The notes beneath the pieces were generated by a model, which ran no database searches, had not been told where the DNA came from, and worked only from the letters and a program-made list of their open reading frames with translations. Positions 58,982-64,000 of a DNA stretch of 64,000 nucleotides are shown here, in pieces. The position numbers were made by a program, and so were the translations under genes. Where the stretch lies: contig CBDVDR010000010.1 of NCBI GenBank assembly GCA_965372795.1, forward strand, positions 1-64,000, read 5' to 3'. The stretch is from an uncultured bacterium (GTDB lineage Bacteria > Zixibacteria > MSB-5A5 > GN15 > FEB-12). Within the stretch, counting starts at the first letter, position 1, and each line of letters opens with the position of its first letter.

Positions 58982-60435
58982 AGCAACTCTTTAATACTTT
59001 CTAAAATCTCTTTGGTCTCGTTGTCCAGCGTTGCCATCTCAGTCAATATTTCCTTTGGACTTCGTAATGGTGCCTCTTCTGGTGTATTTGGGTTTTTCAC
59101 ACTTAGATCATAGGTTTCAGTGTTGATATTGGCAATATTCACGCTCCAACATCTTTCATTCTCCGGTTTACTCTTTTGCAGTTTTACAAACTCTGCCATA
59201 TCATTATCATTGAGCGGATTGGTCTTGCCCATATTGCGACCCGGATCAAGCTGGTAGTACCAAATCTTCTTGGTCGGTTCACCTTTGTTAAAAAACAGTA
59301 CTACCGTTTTCACACCTGCCCCTAAAAACGTCCCACCTGGCATATCTAAAATTGTATGCAGGTTACAGTTTTCCAGTAGATGTTTCCTCAGAGAGATAGA
59401 GGCATTGTCGGTATTGCTCAAGAATGTATTTTTGATAACTATCCCGGCACGACCGCCGGCTTTGAGGGTTTTGATAAAGTGCTGCAAAAACAGAAAAGCG
59501 GTCTCACTGGTTTTAATATTAAAATTCTGCTGAACTTCTTTGTGCTCTTTAGCACCAAAGGGTGGGTTTGCCATTATCACTTTGTATCTATCTTTTTCCT
59601 GAATATCCCGAATGTTCTCACTTAGAGTATTTGTGTGGCTAATATTGGGGGCCTCTATGCCATGAAGAATCATATTCATAATACCGATGATATACGCCAG
59701 ATTTTTCTTTTCCTTACCGTAGAAGGTTTTTTCCTGAAGAGTTTTTAAATCGGTAGTGGATAATGAATCTCTGTCCTTTGTCATATGAGCGAAGGCTTCA
59801 CACAGGAAGCCTGCTGAACCCACCGCACCATCATAGATGGTTTCCCCTATCTGTGGGTTTACAACCTCAATGATAGCCCTAATAAGTGGTCTGGGAGTGT
59901 AATACTGCCCGCCGTTACGCCCGGCATTACCCATATTCTTAATTTTACTCTCATAGAGATGCGAAAGCTCGTGCTTGTCTTTAGTCGTTCGAAATTGTAT
60001 TTCATCGATATGATCTATGATTTCACGGAGATTATAACCGCTTTGTATTTTGTTTTTGAGTTCAGAGAATATTTCACCAATTTTATATTCGATAGTTTTT
60101 GAATTGTCAGCCTTTTCTTTGAATTTTGAGAGATATGGGAAAAGTTTGCCGTTGACAAACTGAACCAAATCGGGACCACTCATAGCTTTGTGATGATCGA
60201 GTTTACCATCGGATGTTTTTGGCATCGCCCAGTTTGCCCAGCGGTATTCTTCATCTAATATGAAAGTGTATTTTTTACCCTTAAGTTCGGCTGAATCTTT
60301 CTTATCGAGTTCCAGATCATCCAGATACCGCAAAAACAAAATCCATGAGGTTTGCCCGATATAGTCTAACTCACTATCGGCACCAGCGTCTTTATAAAGG
60401 ACATCATCAATATTTTTAAAAGTCTGTTCAAACAT
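58978..60435 (-). CDS. hsdM: Type I R-M N6-adenine methyltransferase
   Basis: GQYYTPR, YDGAVGSAGFL and NPPF motifs; ATG 60435 has an AGGAG RBS. Confidence 0.95.
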   Translation of the reverse strand: MFEQTFKNIDDVLYKDAGADSELDYIGQTSWILFLRYLDDLELDKKDSAELKGKKYTFILDEEYRWANWAMPKTSDGKLDHHKAMSGPDLVQFVNGKLFPYLSKFKEKADNSKTIEYKIGEIFSELKNKIQSGYNLREIIDHIDEIQFRTTKDKHELSHLYESKIKNMGNAGRNGGQYYTPRPLIRAIIEVVNPQIGETIYDGAVGSAGFLCEAFAHMTKDRDSLSTTDLKTLQEKTFYGKEKKNLAYIIGIMNMILHGIEAPNISHTNTLSENIRDIQEKDRYKVIMANPPFGAKEHKEVQQNFNIKTSETAFLFLQHFIKTLKAGGRAGIVIKNTFLSNTDNASISLRKHLLENCNLHTILDMPGGTFLGAGVKTVVLFFNKGEPTKKIWYYQLDPGRNMGKTNPLNDNDMAEFVKLQKSKPENERCWSVNIANINTETYDLSVKNPNTPEEAPLRSPKEILTEMATLDNETKEILESIKELL

Positions 60436-60682
60436 TCGATGCAACTCCTAATAGCTTATGATATGATTACTGTCTGAATTATTTCACCCACAGCGTTCAA
60501 TTGTTTACATTTAATTAGATTTCGAGCCTTTCAAAGACCTTTCCCCTAAGTTGTTGTTACGTTTCAAATAATATGATAAATATATCATTGTATGTCAAAT
60601 GAATAAGAATACGATTGATTTTGAAGATTTACATGCCTATTTTTAAAATATTAAGTAAATAGATAAATTAACGGAGGATTTA

Positions 60683-61144
60683 GTGGGCTTGATTGATTCA
60701 AAGAAATTTGGTCTAAATCCAATAATTGATTCAAATACTAAAGTAATGATTTTGGGATCGTTACCTGGAGATGAATCTATTAGATTACAAGAATACTATG
60801 CTAACAATAATAATGACTTCTGGAAGTTAACCAGTCATGCTATTAGTGAAGATATTACTAAATTTAGCTATAAAGAAAAAATACAAAAACTATTAAAAAA
60901 CAATATTGGTTTGTGGGATGTTTTTAAATTAGCTAATCGACCAGGAAGCTTGGATTCAGATATAAATTATGAAGAAATTAACGATTTCAAATGGCTTAAG
61001 AATAATTATCCTAAAATTAAATTAATTTCCTTTAATGGCAAAAAAGCCGGAAAATATACGAGAGCTTTAAATGATATTGGCTATGAAACAATAGTCATCC
61101 CATCTTCAAGTTGTGCAAAAATAAAAATAAAAAATCGTGCATAA
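60683..61144 (+). CDS. UDG-superfamily DNA glycosylase (deoxyinosine/Mug-like), possibly C-terminally truncated
   Basis: ILGSLPG..S....YY....N.FW, IGLWDV, GSLDS.I, FNGKKA, PSSS. After TAA the frame continues IWQSSISLIK to 61177. Confidence 0.82.
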   Translation: MGLIDSKKFGLNPIIDSNTKVMILGSLPGDESIRLQEYYANNNNDFWKLTSHAISEDITKFSYKEKIQKLLKNNIGLWDVFKLANRPGSLDSDINYEEINDFKWLKNNYPKIKLISFNGKKAGKYTRALNDIGYETIVIPSSSCAKIKIKNRA

Positions 61145-61210
61145 ATTTGGCAATCATCAATCAGTTTAATAAAATAATTTCTTAAAATCATAGATATCTT
61201 TAATTGAATC

Positions 61211-62587
61211 ATGGATGAGAAAAACAAAAACAAATCTTCCATAGCTGAATCTGAAAATTACAGACAAGTATACGCATATCTATTAGGTACAGGGGAATCA
61301 CCACTATCATCTGTTAAAAGTGTAGTTATTACTGCAAAACGATTTGATTTAAAGCTTAATATCACAGGTGAAAAAGGATCTGTTTATAATCGAATAATTA
61401 CGCTTCTGAAAAAAAATAAGTTGCAATTTACTGAAATAGAATATTCTCCGAAGATACGAAACAAACCGGATGAGTGGTATTGTGATACTGATAATACAAG
61501 TTTGCATATTTGGGTGCCAGAATCAAAACATCGTATTGCAGACATTGGACTTTTGGTTTCGTTTTATATTAATTATCATCTTACCAAACTTAGAGAGAAC
61601 GTAACTGATTTCCCAAAACCAAAAATTGACATCTTGTACTTATTACTATTAATGGAAATTTTCGCTGATACAAATGAAAAATCTTTGAGCAATAGATTGT
61701 TTAGAGATTTACTTAATTCTGAAAACAATTCTGTTATTTCTGTTTCAAACAATATAGATACTTACTACAACGAAATGCATGCTGTTAATGGCATAGCAAA
61801 AAATTTATCTGAGTACACTCTGTTATATCTTGGATTTACTTCAGATTATGACCTTATGAAAGAACTGATTGCTAATTCTCATTTAAAGGATCATCCTCTA
61901 AATAAAAATTTTAAGTCCTTCATATTACCTGATGTCAAATATGTCTGGTATCTTAAATCAAGCGAATGGGATGTAGATAGCCTTAGGCTGATTCTCCAAA
62001 ATTCAGTTTATCTCAACTCTATTAAGAATCAACAAATCCCCGAGAAACAGAAAGAATGTTTGGTCTTAAGACTCAAAGGATTACCGGAAGATAAAATAGC
62101 AGATCAGTTAGGATTCGAAACATTTGATGAATATCAAACTTGGCTCAATAAGAATCATCTTTCTATAACACCGTTACAAAAAGAGAATCAATATCAACTT
62201 TGGCTTGAAGCATGCGACTATTTTGAGATTGAGCCAGATCTTGTTGATGTAGGAATAGAAGATTCTTGTGCTATAGAAAATCCAATCCAATATGATACAG
62301 AGGGATCTTCCCCAAATTTTAGAATAGGTCTGGGATTTAGCTCATTTTTCATCGAAGGAAAAGGTTCTTTCTCTCTTACACCAAGACAATCTGATGTTTT
62401 AAGAATATTATATGAAGGATATTTAGATAAAACATATGACATACACCAAAGTATTATAATCCAAGAAGTTTATGGTGAGGTTTCTGAAACCAGCTTAAAA
62501 AAACTATTTGGTTATAATACTGTTTGGGATTTATTGATTGAACCTGGTAAACGAAAAGGCCAGTTTCGTTTAAAAGATCTATTCTAA
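61211..62587 (+). CDS. Hypothetical protein with internal HTH and C-terminal winged-helix-like region
   Basis: PEKQKECLVLRLKGLPEDKIADQLG; LTPRQSDVLRIL...GQFRL. Confidence 0.55.
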   Translation: MDEKNKNKSSIAESENYRQVYAYLLGTGESPLSSVKSVVITAKRFDLKLNITGEKGSVYNRIITLLKKNKLQFTEIEYSPKIRNKPDEWYCDTDNTSLHIWVPESKHRIADIGLLVSFYINYHLTKLRENVTDFPKPKIDILYLLLLMEIFADTNEKSLSNRLFRDLLNSENNSVISVSNNIDTYYNEMHAVNGIAKNLSEYTLLYLGFTSDYDLMKELIANSHLKDHPLNKNFKSFILPDVKYVWYLKSSEWDVDSLRLILQNSVYLNSIKNQQIPEKQKECLVLRLKGLPEDKIADQLGFETFDEYQTWLNKNHLSITPLQKENQYQLWLEACDYFEIEPDLVDVGIEDSCAIENPIQYDTEGSSPNFRIGLGFSSFFIEGKGSFSLTPRQSDVLRILYEGYLDKTYDIHQSIIIQEVYGEVSETSLKKLFGYNTVWDLLIEPGKRKGQFRLKDLF

Positions 62588-62679
62588 ATAAGTAAATCAC
62601 CTACTAAACTCCCTTATTATTTTTAAAATCACTATATATACCCCCACTTAGCTCCCAATAACAATTCATTTATTGGAGC

Positions 62680-62892
62680 ATGCTATATAAGACAACTGAT
62701 AATCCAAGTAACAAAGAACAACAGACTGATAGAAGTGAGCATTGCATTGAGTCTAAGAAAATAATATTTCTTGGTAAGAAAATGACTACTAATGAATATC
62801 AGGAATCATGTCGTAATTTAGAAGAATTTTTTAAGATTCTCATAAAATGGCAAAAGAAGGAGGGTCTTAATGAAAAAGAAACGAACTTATGA
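62680..62892 (+). CDS. Small hypothetical protein
   Basis: 70-aa ORF overlapping the next gene; NL..FFKIL..W. Confidence 0.4.
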   Translation: MLYKTTDNPSNKEQQTDRSEHCIESKKIIFLGKKMTTNEYQESCRNLEEFFKILIKWQKKEGLNEKETNL

Positions 62893-63415
62893 TCTTCGAT
62901 TGATAAAAAAAAGACATTCCTACTCAACGTCTGAATTATCCAAAAAAATAAGTGTACACCCTCGAACAATTCAAGAATGGCGCAAACAAGGGATGAAACC
63001 AATTGAGATAAATAATAGAAATTTTTTATTTATGGGATATGATATAGTTAGATTCATTTCAGAAAAGCAGCAGAAGAGGAAGCAAAAATTAGAAGTAAAC
63101 GAATTTTTCTGCCCAAAATGTAAATCACCTCAAACTTCTACTTTAAATAATATAACTATATTAGTAACTAATAAAAAAATTGGAAAAGATAATCTCTCCA
63201 TCCACATAAAAGGTGTTTGCACAAAGTGCAGATGCATACTCACTCGTTTTTCTTCTAAAACAATGCTCAAAAACTCCTATTGGGGGCTGAAGTTAAAAGA
63301 AGGTCATGTAAGATTAAAGGGTTATCCACCATCTGCTTTAAACACTGACATCAAGCAGGAGATTTTAGACTCTTTAAAACTTATAAAAGAAACTGAGGGA
63401 AATAATGAAAACTAA
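62870..63415 (+). CDS. HTH (excisionase/MerR-like) protein with Zn-ribbon
   Basis: YSTSELSKKISVHPRTIQEWRKQG; CPKC...CTKC; overlaps the integrase start. Confidence 0.7.
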   Translation: MKKKRTYDLRLIKKRHSYSTSELSKKISVHPRTIQEWRKQGMKPIEINNRNFLFMGYDIVRFISEKQQKRKQKLEVNEFFCPKCKSPQTSTLNNITILVTNKKIGKDNLSIHIKGVCTKCRCILTRFSSKTMLKNSYWGLKLKEGHVRLKGYPPSALNTDIKQEILDSLKLIKETEGNNEN

Positions 63416-64000
63416 TTCAAAAAACGAAAGTGTTAAAAGGAAATATTTTAAATGGTTAAAAGAAGCCAGAGGATATGCAGAATCTACAATAGATATTATT
63501 GAAAAAAGTATATTACTGTATGAGGATTTTACACATTTTGAAGATTATTCCGCTTTCACTCAAAAAAAAGCTATTGGATTCAAAAAATGGTTACAATCAA
63601 AAACTTATAAGAATAAACCGGTCTCGGTTACAACAAATTATCATTACTTGAGACATTTAAAGGACTTCTTTATTTGGTTATCGGGACAAGCAGGTTATAA
63701 ATCAAAAATTGATTTGGATACTGTTTCATACTTATCACTGGATAAAAAACAAGTCAGATTGGCTACAGCACCTAAACCTGTCAAATTCCCATCATTGGAA
63801 TATGTTAAAAAACTAACAGATTCAATTGAAATAATAACAGAGATAGATAAAAGAGACCGTGCTTTGATCGCATTCCTATTATTGAGTGGAATGAGAGATA
63901 AAGCAATTTGCACTTTACCAATATGTTGTTTTGATAGAAATACGCTTGAAATCAACCAAGACCCAAAATTTGGAGTTGAAACTAAATTCGGAAAAGCTAT
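63405..64000 (+). CDS. Tyrosine recombinase/integrase, 5' part (truncated by window end, absent from the ORF track)
   Basis: Open frame MKTNSKNESVKRKYFKWLKEARG..STI...LRHLKDFFIWL...RDRALIAFLLLSGMR...TKFGKA, including the catalytic R of box I. Confidence 0.9.
   Translation, partial: MKTNSKNESVKRKYFKWLKEARGYAESTIDIIEKSILLYEDFTHFEDYSAFTQKKAIGFKKWLQSKTYKNKPVSVTTNYHYLRHLKDFFIWLSGQAGYKSKIDLDTVSYLSLDKKQVRLATAPKPVKFPSLEYVKKLTDSIEIITEIDKRDRALIAFLLLSGMRDKAICTLPICCFDRNTLEINQDPKFGVETKFGKA

Overview
Bacterial chromosomal window, AT-rich, standard genetic code. A C-terminal dockerin-like 'DISDLTYFVxYMF' domain suggests a Zixibacteria-like organism (inference). Layout: (1) 1-2.8 kb is an accessory zone around an initiator tRNA-fMet, with a secreted isochorismatase, an IS3 relic, two palindrome-interrupted tRNA half-copies and a small GIY-YIG nuclease. 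(2) 2.8-21.6 kb is mostly core or housekeeping (GNATs, CPA2 antiporter, motAB, Hc1-like protein, mfd, AlkD-like protein, octaheme cytochrome c with a Rex-like operator, RRM protein). (3) About 21.8-46.7 kb is an envelope-protein island (PAP2, beta-barrels, BamA/TamA-like protein, three DUF1254/DUF1214 proteins, NarL-type two-component system, EEP, PLD-like protein) bounded by degenerate att-like repeats. Five of its promoter regions, plus the isochorismatase gene 21 kb away, carry the same unannotated bipartite 47-bp operator-like motif. (4) 46.7-64 kb is a defence/integrative region: a three-gene operon ending in a 1812-aa ParA-LRR-Roc-COR-NB-ARC-TPR fusion, a Type I restriction-modification system with embedded GIY-YIG and UDG-fold genes, and an HTH plus tyrosine-integrase module that runs off the window. 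All calls come from reading the sequence by eye; no database searches were run.
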